Positions 50,366 through 62,626 of a stretch of 64,000 nt of DNA are shown here, one piece after another. The stretch is taken from assembly GCF_001194135.2 (NCBI RefSeq), contig NC_068988.1, positions 80,753,113-80,817,112 on the forward strand, given 5' to 3'. A program made the translations under genes and the position numbers. The stretch comes from Octopus bimaculoides (taxonomy: Eukaryota). A model generated the notes under the pieces. It was given only the letters and a program-made list of their open reading frames with translations, was not told the origin of the DNA and did not search any database. The first letter of the stretch is position 1, and every line of letters starts with the position of its first letter.

Positions 50366-51859
50366 GATATATATGTATGTATGTATGTTTGTACGATATT
50401 TAGATGTACATTTAGATGAAAATAAAATTGCTGCAAAAATAAAAATATAGAATTTAATCAAGTAAATTTGTTTTGCATCTACATATGATACATTAAATAT
50501 CTTTTTGCAAGACTATAATTGTGATTTCAATACTATTTTTATAGTCTTGTTTCATTATAATTCCTATTATTTCAATTGAAATGTGGTCACTATCACATTT
50601 TACCAATGAAATATATTCCACTGTTATACTTCTTATGTCACAATCCAATTTTAATAAGAGCTTCGCATTGCTTAAAGTGATATTTATAAAACTGAATATG
50701 TATAGATATAGCTAAAAATATACATTGTAACTCTATCATAAGTTTTGTTAGAGGAGATATCTTTTACAGCTGTCATTACTTTTTTATCTTTATTTTTCAT
50801 TTTTTATTTATTTATTTATTTATTTATTTATTTTATGAATTCCTACCATGTGACAGCGAGAACATAAACATAATCTTTACATGCTTCAGAATGTCTTCTT
50901 CTCAATATAGACCTAATGCTAGGGTCATTAATTTGAGGGTGGGTTTTTTTTTGTCGTTTTTTTTTTAAAACTAACTTTACAATACATACAACTGGCAATA
51001 ACTAAGCTTTTCCATCTTTGTCAGTGTTTGATAAGCCAAGAAACATAGGTATAGCTAGGGGACTACTGACATTGATATTCATAAGTTCAAATTCTGTCAT
51101 TAGAGATGTGTTCTTCAATAAAGTACTTTACTGTATATTCACCTCAGTAATACCAAGCTGTAAAATAGGTAGGCCATCCCAAAACTGCAAAATATTATCA
51201 TAAAAACCTACTTGTAAATGTCATTGGCATATCTATAGTGGTTACTGTAATGAGAAGTGTTTAGTATTATAATTAAATATGGTCACATGCATGGCTCTGT
51301 TGTTAAGAATAGGTGGTTCAATCCCATTGCATAGCACTTTGGCCAAGTGTCTTTTGCTTTAGCCTCAGTATGATCAAAATTTTGTGAATGGAATTCAGTA
51401 AAAGGAGACTGTGCAGAAGCCTGTTCTCTCTGTGTGTGTGTGTGTGTGTGTGTATTGCTTTGTGGTATTTTAGATGTTCTCAGAAAGTGTGGTTCCTGCA
51501 TATATTCACGCGTCTCCACCATTACTTCCACATAGGGATGATGGTTTGAATTGTTGGAGAGCAGAAATCTGAGCTTGTCAGTATAAAATGGGAGTTAAGA
51601 AAGGCTGCACACTGGCTCCTGTGTGGTCATCTATCTCATCTAGCTTGTCCCATAGGATGCCCCCAAAAGGGTTTCAGTTGCACATACTATAGGAGTCACA
51701 GGGTGCTGCTCCATGTAGTCCCACAGTTTCCGTCTAACTAGAAATATCAGGATCCCATCCATTGTCTTGTATTCAAGATCCTCTGCATGACATCCTGCTA
51801 GTTCAAAGCCAGGAATCTGATCTGTTAGATCCTGCTAATAACTAAATCCACACCCTATT

Positions 51860-52185
51860 GCCGATGCTTCAATTTATTGTCATTAAGGTTTTGCCCGTCT
51901 CCTACTCTTTGACCTGTCTGAAGATTTCTCTCTCTCCAGCATAGCTCTCTGGGTCAATGGAGCACACAGACACTTCACCGCAACAAGGTACTTGTTGAAT
52001 TGGCCGTTGACTACACAGTAGTTCTTCCACCCTTTGACGGGTCTTATTTTTCGTCCTGCAGGGTGTCCAAACTTGATGGAGTTGCCAGTTTAGTCGCCAA
52101 CGACCCGGCCATGTGACAGGTTGTACTGGGTTACATGTTACCAGTATCGCTCAAGAGCGCAGAATAAAAAGAGAGGCATGTGCCA
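51860..52185 (-). mobile_element. RTE-type LINE 5' UTR fragment
   Basis: ccttgttgcggtgaagtgtctgtgtgctccattgacccagagagctatgctgg..caggtc, typical of RTE leaders and similar to 19555-19730. Confidence 0.5.
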
Positions 52186-52572
52186 CAATTAATTTCTGAC
52201 CTGACAGAAATCTTTTCAACACGAGAAGGCAGCAAGCCATCACCAACTTTAGATTTGAATAGATTGTTGGGTTATAATATATTGAAGTTTGTGCTCAGGT
52301 AGGTCAGAAACCAAAGTGCTCTAGGTCATTCTTCTCACTGGTGGTTACACTTTAGAAAAAAATGGGCTTAATAGTTAACATCTAGAAAACTGAGGTCATC
52401 TGTGAATTAAATACTGCAACACCCTCCCTTCTTTTGACTTTCTCACTACTACAACCTAATTTTGATGCTTAGGCAGCTTCATTGTGTATCCTTTGAAAGA
52501 CTCAGTGTTATTCTAAATAACACAACTCCCACACCAAAGCCCTCTTCTCCTGGCCAGTCTGTTTCTACTCTC

Positions 52573-52689
52573 AGCCTCCTTGGGCTTCCTTGATAGCCTC
52601 CTTGGGCTTCCTTGATAGCCTCCTTGGGCTTCCTTGATAGCCTCCTTGGGCTTCCTTGATAGCCTCCTTGGGCTTCCTTGATAGCCTCC
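52573..52689. repeat. Perfect 22-bp tandem repeat, 5.3 copies
   Basis: Unit AGCCTCCTTGGGCTTCCTTGAT with no mismatches. Confidence 0.97.
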
Positions 52690-54142
52690 CATCCCTCTAA
52701 TATATCTGCCACTTGCCTCTCTTACCACACCTTCCTCTCATCACTCACCTATCTCTCAGTCATATCACTGTTACCTATTTGTCATCCTTGGCCTTTTCAC
52801 TTGTGCCCATATCACTTATCTCTTTTTCTCACTCTAACTATACTGTCCATGTGAATACAGATAGCAATAGATCTCTTAAATTCACTAAACTTTGCTTCCA
52901 GTGTAACTAGGAATGCAACAGCGGGTGGAACCTGTCTAATTTTTGCTTTCCTTGTCTGCAATTGAAATTTCAATAAATTCAGAATTTATTGAGTATTGCA
53001 TAGAATATGTTCCCCTAACTTTATATCTATTGCTCTTATATTTATATCTATATCTAACTATCTGCTTGCCTGCCTGCCTGCCTATCAATCAATCAATCAG
53101 TCAATCAATAAATCAAAAAGAACATAAATGGTCTCACTTAACTGACAAGATACCTTCCTGGCTTTAATGATATTCCTTAACTGCAGAGTGTCTGTATTTC
53201 TTGTATGTCCTCATAGCCAGTTAAGATAACTGTTTTGAAATAATAGAGTCATTTGATTTCTTTATTTCTTGCATGAATGTTATAGCCACTCCTAATTTCT
53301 CTATAAATTCCCATTTTATTTTTTAAAATACCACTTATCCAAAAATTTTGGTTGGATTCATCATCCTCAAGGTATTATCTCACCTGTTTAAACCTGTTTA
53401 AAATTTTACCTGAAGATGTTATGATGGTCTATGAATACATTAATAAAACTTCTACTAAAACAGCTGTCGTAAATTTTAAACCCCATTTGTGTTCTTTTTT
53501 TTATACCTACATCAAAGCTAGATCTACAGTTTAAATCAGATTTGGTATTTACATATCTATAGTTTCCTACCATCACTTGATTGCTTTACCTCACTGTCAA
53601 TCTTATGTTATTGTACTTAGACATTTCTAGCATCTTATGCATTGATGTGCCTAGATTCTTTTGAATCCTCTCTCTATAGATACACAATGTAGATAGGATT
53701 GTGAACCTGCTTATTCCTGTACTTCAAAGTTGTGTGTAGATGTCATATTTGTGTGAGGTATGTCTAAGAGTTGAAAATGTTTTCTATTACATGTACAATT
53801 TTGTAATTCCTTTTAGAAAATGAAACATTGTAATAGTGAATAAATAATGTCCCAAAATTTTCTAGTCTCATATTTTGATATATATATATATATATATANN
53901 NNNNNNNNNNNNNNNNNNNNNNNNNNNNNNNNNNNNNNNNNNNNNNNNNNNNNNNNNNNNNNNNNNNNNNNNNNNNNNNNNNNNNNNNNNNNNNNNNNNN
54001 NNNNNNNNNNNNNNNNNNNNNNNNNNNNNNNNNNNNNNNNNNNNNNNNNNNNNNNNNNNNNNNNNNNNNNNNNNNNNNNNNNNNNNNNNNNNNNNNNNNN
54101 NNNNNNNNNNNNNNNNNNNNNNNNNNNNNNTATATATGTATG

Positions 54143-54440
54143 TATCATCATTGTTTAACATCCATCTTCCATGCTTGCATGGGTAGGATGGTTGACAGGA
54201 GTTGGCCAGGTAGAATAACTACCCTAGACTACTGTGTCTGTTTTGACAGGGATTTTACAGCTGGATGCCCTTCCTAACACCAACCACTCCACAGAGTGGA
54301 CTCAGTGCTTTTTACATGACATTAGCACAGGTAAGGTTAGTTTTAGCATGATTTTTACAGCTGAATGCCCTTCCAAACACCAACCACATTATAGTGTGGA
54401 CTGGATGCTTTTAACGTGGTACCAGCACTGGCAGGGTAAC
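54143..54440 (+). mobile_element. SINE family A with a duplicated core
   Basis: gattttacagctg(g/a)atgcccttcc..acaccaaccac occurs twice. Confidence 0.75.
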
Positions 54441-55139
54441 CAAGTAACTCACAAGACAAGAAATTATGAGAGGGGCTGGGCATTTGAGGAGGGGAACTTG
54501 TGTCAGAGGATGAAAGGTTAGAGTGTGACAAAGAGACAGAGACAGAAGCAGGTGTCTTGCCACAACAGAGGGGACATTAGAGGAGGTGATCCAGTATCAA
54601 ATGATGAAAGGTTAGAATGTAACAGGGAAACAGAGAGGCAGAAATAGGTGTCTTGCTGTAGAGGAGGTACATGGTTACCCAGTGAGAGAGAGATACAGAG
54701 TAAGAGAGAGGTACAAGAAAGAGGCCAGAAACAAGTGTGCTGATGTAAAGGAGATACTTGGTTACCTAGCCAGAGGAAAATCAATAGAAGGAGAGAGAGA
54801 GAGACCAAAGGGAATAGAGAGAGTAGGAAACAGCAAGAGTGTAAGAGAGAGAGAGAGCAGAAGAGAGATGGTGTAGTGCTAGGGTGTACTCACAGTAACA
54901 AGAATATGAGTATAGAGCCTGGTTTGAAAAATAGGGTGTGGGTGTTGGGAATGTGAGGAGCAGCGATACAATGAGCAGGGCAGTGAGGGTAAGAAAGGGG
55001 ATTGGAAAACAATCATAATTTATGAAGAGGAAATGTGAGGAAGGCAAAGATGCAGATGCAGTTAGGAGAGAAGCTGTTGTTTGATTTCTTAGGGTAGAGT
55101 GGGTGGGACACAACTCTTCTAACACTCAGTTTCATGGAT

Positions 55140-57205
55140 GAGTCTTCTCTAGAACTTCATATCTCCAAACATTTTGGTCCACTGTTATTTCCTCTGTGAA
55201 TCCCAACATCCTAAGATCAGTCCTCACCACTTCATCCTTTCCACAAGTACCATCCACTTACAGTGACAGGCACTTCTGTATACAGCTGTCTTCACTCATA
55301 CGCATCACATGTTCAAACCAACGCATTCTCCTCTCCTGCATACCACATTTAATCCATTTTATGCCTAACTTTTCTCTCAACACAGTTGTGCTTTGTCAGT
55401 CATGCACACTGATGTTGCAAATTCAATGACACATACTACCTTCCTTCCTCTCCAGCCTACGCATGTCCTCCACGGTCAGAGCCCATGTCTCACTACCATG
55501 TATTATAGCTGTGCTCACACAAGTAACATACAATCTACCTTTCACTCTGAGAGAGGGTCCTTTTGCTGCCAACAGAGTTAGTAGTTCTCTGAACTTCCTC
55601 CACCCTATTCTTATTCTAGAAACAATACTTTCAGAACATCCACCACCATTGCTAATTTGGTCACCTAAACAGCAGAAACTATCTACTACCTCAACAGAGT
55701 CTCCTGGGCATTTGAGAGAGTTTAAGTCCCTCATGCTCTTAGTACTTACTGTTCCTGCACATCTGCCACACATGAAAACGACCTAATCTGATAAACTTCC
55801 TACAATTCCACTGCATTTCTTATGCATTCATAACTTACACTTGGTGCAGCAAATGGAATTATATCCTACTCCTTTCTTACATATTGAGCACGGCCATTTT
55901 CCAGCCCGAATGAGAGTCTTATCTCCTTTCTTGCTAATAGCAACTTTAGTCTTAGCTAAGTTAATTTTAAGGCCCTTGAGTCCAGGTTTTGCTTCCAAAC
56001 CCAGAACTTCTCCAATTCTACTTCAGATTCTGCAATAAGAGCAAGATCATCAAAATATAATAGTTCCCATGGGCATCCAGTTTTGAATTCATCTGTTATG
56101 GCTTGGAAAACTATGATGAATAAGTGGACTAAGAACTGATCCCTGGTGTACTCCAACTTGTACATTAAATTCATCACTGTACTCAAGGCCAACTCTCACC
56201 TTACTAACAGCATCGCTGTACATGGCTTGAACCACTCTAACAAGCCAGTCCTCTACTCTCAGCTTTCTTAGAGACCACCAAGTAAGAGAGTGGGGAACCC
56301 TGTCGAAAGCTTTCTCCAGGTCAATGGAGGTTAAGTGCAATAGCCAAATACTTTTCTTGCAACTGTCTCACTATGAAAATAGCATCTGTGATGCTTCTCC
56401 CAGGAACAAAACCAAACTGCATCTCATCAAGATTAATTCTATCCCTATTTAGTTGTGGCCTGTNNNNNNNNNNNNNNNNNNNNNNNNNNNNNNNNNNNNN
56501 NNNNNNNNNNNNNNNNNNNNNNNNNNNNNNNNNNNNNNNNNNNNNNNNNNNNNNNNNNNNNNNNNNNNNNNNNNNNNNNNNNNNNNNNNNNNNNNNNNNN
56601 NNNNNNNNNNNNNNNNNNNNNNNNNNNNNNNNNNNNNNNNNNNNNNNNNNNNNNNNNNNNNNNNNNNNNNNNNNNNNNNNNNNNCATCATCATCATCATC
56701 ATCATCATCAGAGGCCTCCAGTAGAATGTCTCTAAATATTTGTTGGTTTGCTGGGTGTTTGAGCTCCCATAATCTTGTTTTCCAACATGGTTTATGTCTT
56801 TGAGTCCCTCTAGCCCTAATTCTGAAGTCACTTACTAGTAGCCTATGTTGGTGTGTACACACTCCACCAGCAAAAGGCTTTGCATTTGTGAGCATCTGCC
56901 AGTCTTCTTGCCTGGTGAGAAGGTAATGAATCTGGTTTATATTCCCCCCAGATGGATAAGTAATCAGGTGGCTGGCTGGCTGGCTTTCTAAAGTTAGTGT
57001 TGCAGATCATAAGATCATTTGCATCACAAAACTCAAGTAGCCTTATACCTTCCTCATTCTTGGTGCCAAAGCCAAGTCTTCAGTAGGACTTCTAATCATC
57101 AGCCCACCCAGCCTGTGGAGCATAGGCAGAGATAAATGTAATTGTTAATCTATCTATGATAAGTTTCAACTGAATAACCCTATCACACACTCTGACCACC
57201 TCAAT
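55140..57205 (-). mobile_element. Decayed RTE-clade LINE (APE endonuclease and RT), interrupted by a gap and (CAT)n
   Basis: FISAYAPQAG..FGTKNEEGIRLLEFCDANDLMICNTNF; HQHRLLVSDF; IDLEKAFDRVP..VGVHQGSVLSP; PWELLYFDDLALIAES; VEVVDSFCCLGD..HGSETWALTVEDMRRLER. Confidence 0.95.
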
Positions 57206-57299
57206 TATTTTATCTACCTACTTTTCCACTAAGAATATCATTTCATATATATAAATCATATATGTGCATGTGTGTGTGTCTATGTATACACACGCACGT

Positions 57300-57333
<34 letters not shown>

Positions 57334-58079
57334 TTTGGAAACAAGTGAGAGTTGGTGAGAGGAAGAGTATCTGATCATAGAACATCTGTCTCAGTGAATT
57401 CCATCTGACCAATGCAAGCATGGAAAAGTGGATATTAAAACGATGGTGATAATAATGATGATGATGTGTGTGTTTATATATATATATATNNNNNNNNNNN
57501 NNNNNNNNNNNNNNNNNNNNNNNNNNNNNNNNNNNNNNNNNNNNNNNNNNNNNNNNNNNNNNNNNNNNNNNNNNNNNNNNNNNNNNNNNNNNNNNNNNNN
57601 NNNNNNNNNNNNNNNNNNNNNNNNNNNNNNNNNNNNNNNNNNNNNNNNNNNNNNNNNNNNNNNNNNNNNNNNNNNNNNNNNNNNNNNNNNNNNNNNNNNN
57701 NNNNNNNNNNNNNNNNNNNNNNNNNNNNNNNNNNNNNNNNNNNNNNNNNNNNNNNNNNNNNNNNNNNNNNNNNNNNNNNNNNNNNNNNNNNNNNNNNNNN
57801 NNNNNNNNNNNNNNNNNNNNNNNNNNNNNNNNNNNNNNNNNNNNNNNNNNNNNNNNNNNNNNNNNNNNNNNNNNNNNNNNNNNNNNNNNNNNNNNNNNNN
57901 NNNNNNNNNNNNNNNNNNNNNNNNNNNNNNNNNNNNNNNNNNNNNNNNNNNNNNNNNNNNNNNNNNNNNNNNNNNNNNNNNNNNNNNNNNNNNNNNNNNN
58001 NNNNNNNNNNNNNNNNNNNNNNNNNNNNNNNNNNNNNNNNNNNNNNNNNNNNNNNNNNNNNNNNNNNNNNNNNNNNNNN

Positions 58080-58400
58080 GCTTACCAACCACATGGTTCC
58101 AGGTTCAGTCCCACTGCGTGGCACCTTGGGCAAGTGTCTTCTACTATAACCTCAGGCTGACCAAAGCCTTGTGAATGGATTTGGTCGCGCGTGTGTGTGT
58201 GTGTGTGTTTGTGTGTCTGTGTTTATCCCCCCAACATCGCTTGATAAGTGATGCTGGTGTGTTTACATCCCCATAACTTAGCAGTTCAGCAAAAGAGACT
58301 GATAGAATAAATACTATGCTTACAAAGAATAAGTCCTGGGGTCGATCTGCTTGACTAAAGGTGGTGCTCCAGCATGGCCACAGTCAAATGACTGAAACAA
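58080..58400 (+). mobile_element. Composite SINE family B
   Basis: Matches 42766-43165. Confidence 0.9.
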
Positions 58401-59968
58401 GTGTGTGTGTGTGTGCGCGCACACACACACACACACACAAATATAATGTACACACACAAATATAATGTACATAACTATGTATATATGTATGAATGTGTGT
58501 ATGTATATTTATCTAAATATATATACACATATATATGCATATATATATATGTGTGTGTGTATATGTGTATGTATTTATGCACATATATAGAGTTATGCTT
58601 GAGTACATACAGGCCTTCTTTCTCATCCCCTACCTCTCTCTCTCTCTCATACATACACAAGCTTACTGGCATCCGAAAATATATTACATACCCCTCTTCC
58701 CACCCTGCCATAATCCACATAAATTTAAATGTAAATATTATAGCATACACTCACCCCATACATTCACAGTTAAGCCAGACATTTATAAATACACGTAACT
58801 ATGCACAAACACACACACACACAACAAACACACACGCATGCATCTCCCCCCCCCCCACTCAAATATGTATTCTTAACAGGCTTTCTTTCACGTAGCTTGG
58901 TTTGTTATTAGTGCATGGAACCTTTAGACTATCTTGAAAGGATGGTAAAGTATCTTTTCTAGTAGCCACCAGTAACTCTAGCATCCATACCCCATAAAAC
59001 ATTTTCTTGTATTACATACACACACACACACACATACACACACACACACACATACACACACACACAATCTATTCTGATATTTCATATCAAACCAAGGCTA
59101 CATTTCAATTCAGCCCTCTTATTGTCTTTGTTATTTCCACCAAAATTAACGTTTTTGTAGTAATTAAGTAATTGACATTTTATGTATTCTTTCAGTCTTT
59201 TACTCATTACAGTCCATTGATTGTAATCATGCTGGGGCAACATTTTCATGAACTTTTAGGAGAGAGATATACCTGTTGTGAAGGGTCTTAACTGATTTGG
59301 AGCAGATCACCACAAGGCAGCTTTGCTCAGTATTTCAATTTGCTAGTTTTATGCAATTTTCAGTTCCTTTAGGCAATGCTACATCTTTCTTTTTCGTGTC
59401 TTCTATATTCATTGTCGTTGTTTCAGTACCCACTTTTCCATGCATCTTGCAGGTATCAAGGTAGATTTTCTACATTTAGATGCACACCCTGTTGCACACC
59501 CCTTACCTGTTTCAAAGCAAGGTAACATTTTCCCAAACAGCTCAATGGTCAGACATGTTTTCACAGAAGATTGCAAATGAATACTATCACTTGTATGACA
59601 ATGATGTTTGTTTCCAATTATCACACAAAATCGGGACAAGGACACATATTACATATTTCCATACATTGTATTACATAACTTTGTATGAGATATAAAATAG
59701 AAACGTTATCAATTTACGAAATCGATTATAAAGTCAATTTGACTGCTCCTTTCCTCATTTAAATTATATATATGTATATATATATATATGTATGTATGTA
59801 TATATGTATGTATGTACACACGCGCACATACATATTTATACACACACACACACGCACACATACAGCTGGCCTCTTTCAATTTCCATTAGTTAAGTTCAAT
59901 CACAAGGCTTTGGTTCAAGTCTGTATTAGAAGACACAGTCATGTGTGCATTTGTTTTATATATATATA

Positions 59969-60485
59969 CTAGCAGAGATACCCAGCACTGCTTGAGATTA
60001 AAATGGCATAGTTTGTATATAATGTATTACAGTTATGTTGAAACAGGTGATATGGGAAAGTGCAGCATTGGCAACAAAACATTTGTGGAGTAAATGCTGG
60101 GTTAATTCAACTAAGCAACATGCTATGCATCTGTTTGGAGTATTTCAGGCCCTAACCTGTGGGGGTTATGTGATTTTTGAAAGCACCAAAAGCTGTCAGT
60201 GGATATACTCTCTTTTGCAGCAGTTGGCACTGGGTCTAACACGACCCATCATCTGAAATGTTGACACCTCCTTCAGGTTTGTTGTCCTACATCACTCATA
60301 AAGTAAATTTGGAGGAACTGTGGTTGTTCATTTGTGGGTAACAGGGAACCAATGAGGTCATAGACTTGCCCTTGAACTTTGACATCAGTGTAAATTCGTG
60401 TTTATCTATCTTCTTAGATGCACCAAACAATGTCATTTGCAAGGTTGTATTGTCTGATATTGTTCAGAAAATCCTTTGAGTGGAT
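59969..60485 (-). mobile_element. Helitron remnant: Rep/Hel N-terminal coding fragment plus 3' CTAG end
   Basis: DFLNNIRQYN..KVQGQVYDLIGSLLPTNEQPQFLQIYFMSD; the minus strand ends ..agcagtgctgggtatctctgCTAG/T at 59969. Confidence 0.7.
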
Positions 60486-60510
60486 GGAAGTGCCTTCTAA
60501 AAGGTATATA

Positions 60511-60549
<39 letters not shown>

Positions 60550-60733
60550 TGTGAGAAAGTTGGTATGTGAAAGCACGTGGTTGGATGTATAAAAGATAAT
60601 AAGAGTGAAAAAACTACAGAAGGCTTGTGTTACATGGTTAAAGTATATATTTAAATTATGTCAGAAAAATGTTAGAAAAATGTCAGAAAAATGTTATAAA
60701 ATCTTTTTGGTATATAAACATTGTATTTTGAAA

Positions 60734-60832
60734 AATAACCGGTTTCGTGTTGTCTTTTCAAATTTCCAGTCTGGAGCGAACACGACACAATGAAGTAGAG
60801 AAATTTGAAAAGACAACACGAAACCGGTTATT
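60734..60832. repeat. Perfect 33-bp inverted repeat running into an assembly gap
   Basis: aataaccggtttcgtgttgtcttttcaaatttc (60734-60766) / gaaatttgaaaagacaacacgaaaccggttatt (60800-60832). Confidence 0.95.
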
Positions 60833-61408
60833 NNNNNNNNNNNNNNNNNNNNNNNNNNNNNNNNNNNNNNNNNNNNNNNNNNNNNNNNNNNNNNNNNNNN
60901 NNNNNNNNNNNNNNNNNNNNNNNNNNNNNNNNNNNNNNNNNNNNNNNNNNNNNNNNNNNNNNNNNNNNNNNNNNNNNNNNNNNNNNNNNNNNNNNNNNNN
61001 NNNNNNNNNNNNNNNNNNNNNNNNNNNNNNNNNNNNNNNNNNNATTGATTATTATAAAATCTGGTAATTATTCATATATTAATTAATATCGATTAATTAT
61101 CAGGAGGCCAGCACATCTAAAGAATCAAAGAGATTCAGAAATATTATCTGCAATCTCAGGGGATTATCCGAAACCGGTCCCTGTTTAAGAATGCTTTTTT
61201 AGGTGATTTTAAATGTCTTGCCCGCTCACGTTTTGGTATGCTGCTATATTTCATGTTGAGAACAATTTAGGTCTTAATAGACACAAGATGTGATCTATTT
61301 CTAGCGCATTAATTGTCCACGTTAGTGGTCGACGTTATATATATATTGATATAGAAAAGACAACAAAAGAAAGAAAGAAACCTCAATGCTATGTAAATAG
61401 AGGAATTT

Positions 61409-61565
61409 ATCTGTAAAAATATGTGACACTTATTCGGTAGTCATGATAAAACTCCGAGTTTCAGTGGCCAGATAACTGAAGAGATGGCGGTGTGGGTTTC
61501 CACCCCGGCACCCGAAACTCGGAGTTTTATCATGGCTACCGAATAAGTGTCATATTTTTACAGAT
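61409..61565. repeat. ~53-bp inverted repeat (inverted pLTR-like)
   Basis: Arms 61409-61462 and 61514-61565. Confidence 0.93.
61471..61531 (+). ncRNA. Type I hammerhead-like ribozyme with eroded stem II
   Basis: Stem I GAUAA/UUAUC; CUGAAGA 61476-61482; partial stem II (GUGG-GUUU-CCAC, CGG/CCG, closing G-C); GAAA 61514-61517; stem III CUC-G-GAG; GUU triplet. Confidence 0.65.
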
Positions 61566-62307
61566 ATATATATATATATGCAACACATTTCTGCAAAGTT
61601 TCCATCTACCCAATTTTATTCCCAAGGCAGAATGCACTTGGCTAAAGTTCCATGTAGTGTTGATCAAATCTGGAGCGACATGCGTAGTGAATTTCTTAAT
61701 TACACTGCTGTGTCTAAGAAATTTTTTTTGAAATTCTTCCATTAAATTTGATAAAAATTGGTTACAACTTAGTTGGATGAAGAAAGGTATTGACGACGAT
61801 GATCTTAGCAGGCTCTTCCACTCCCATAAGATGAATGTAGTTGATGTTCAGGATGAGTGTCTGTAGGGCAACATCTGCAGATGTTTCTGGGTGTCAGGAG
61901 GAATTTCCCAAGTAGGAGAATTATAAGATACAGTAAAGTTTAAGTGAAAAATCTAAAAAACTGAGACATACAGGGTGAGAGGTGTGATAAGCAAGCCTAA
62001 GTGAAAGGAGTATGTTGATAGCTGCATGAAAGGAGGAGAGGCCTACATAGCTAGTAACCGAAGAAGCAGAAAGAAGTAAAAGTGTGTTTGCAGGTTAGAA
62101 GTTATTATATACTACAAATATTTTTCAGTCAGATATCCTAGATTACAGTGTAGGATGTCTGTGTGCATGTAGCAGCAGCAACAGTGTCCTGTGTACGTTA
62201 GCAATACTTGAATGTGGGTGTTACCTCATTTGTGTAGATGTTTAGCAACTGAACTTCTTTCTGATTCTAAAGAGAAAATCTAGTCTGTGGAATACAGTTT
62301 TGGCAAC

Positions 62308-62353
<46 letters not shown>

Positions 62354-62584
62354 TGTTTGTGTGTGCACACACACGCATTGTGTATGTGTGCATGTATACA
62401 CATGCATGTTTGTGGGTGTGTGGGTGTGAGTTGTTAGAATTGAAAAAGAGATTGTTAATTTGTTAATGTATAGAAAGAAGAATGTGGTAAATTATGTTAA
62501 ATACATCTGCTGATAGCATAGGCTGGTAGATCTGGTTCTTCAGAAGCAGTGACCATTAGTGTGATGTTCACTGACAGAAGAGAA

Positions 62585-62626
<42 letters not shown>

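Noticed and set aside
51025-51168. Open frame between AG and GT sites
   Set aside because: Weak acceptor and an atypical translation; insufficient support for an exon.
52573-52689. CRISPR-like array (also considered for 44660-44905 and 63679-63954)
   Set aside because: Contiguous tandem repeats without unique spacers, in eukaryotic DNA with no cas genes.
61140-61185. GAAACCGGTC hammerhead half-site
   Set aside because: No matching CUGANGA core and stem I upstream.
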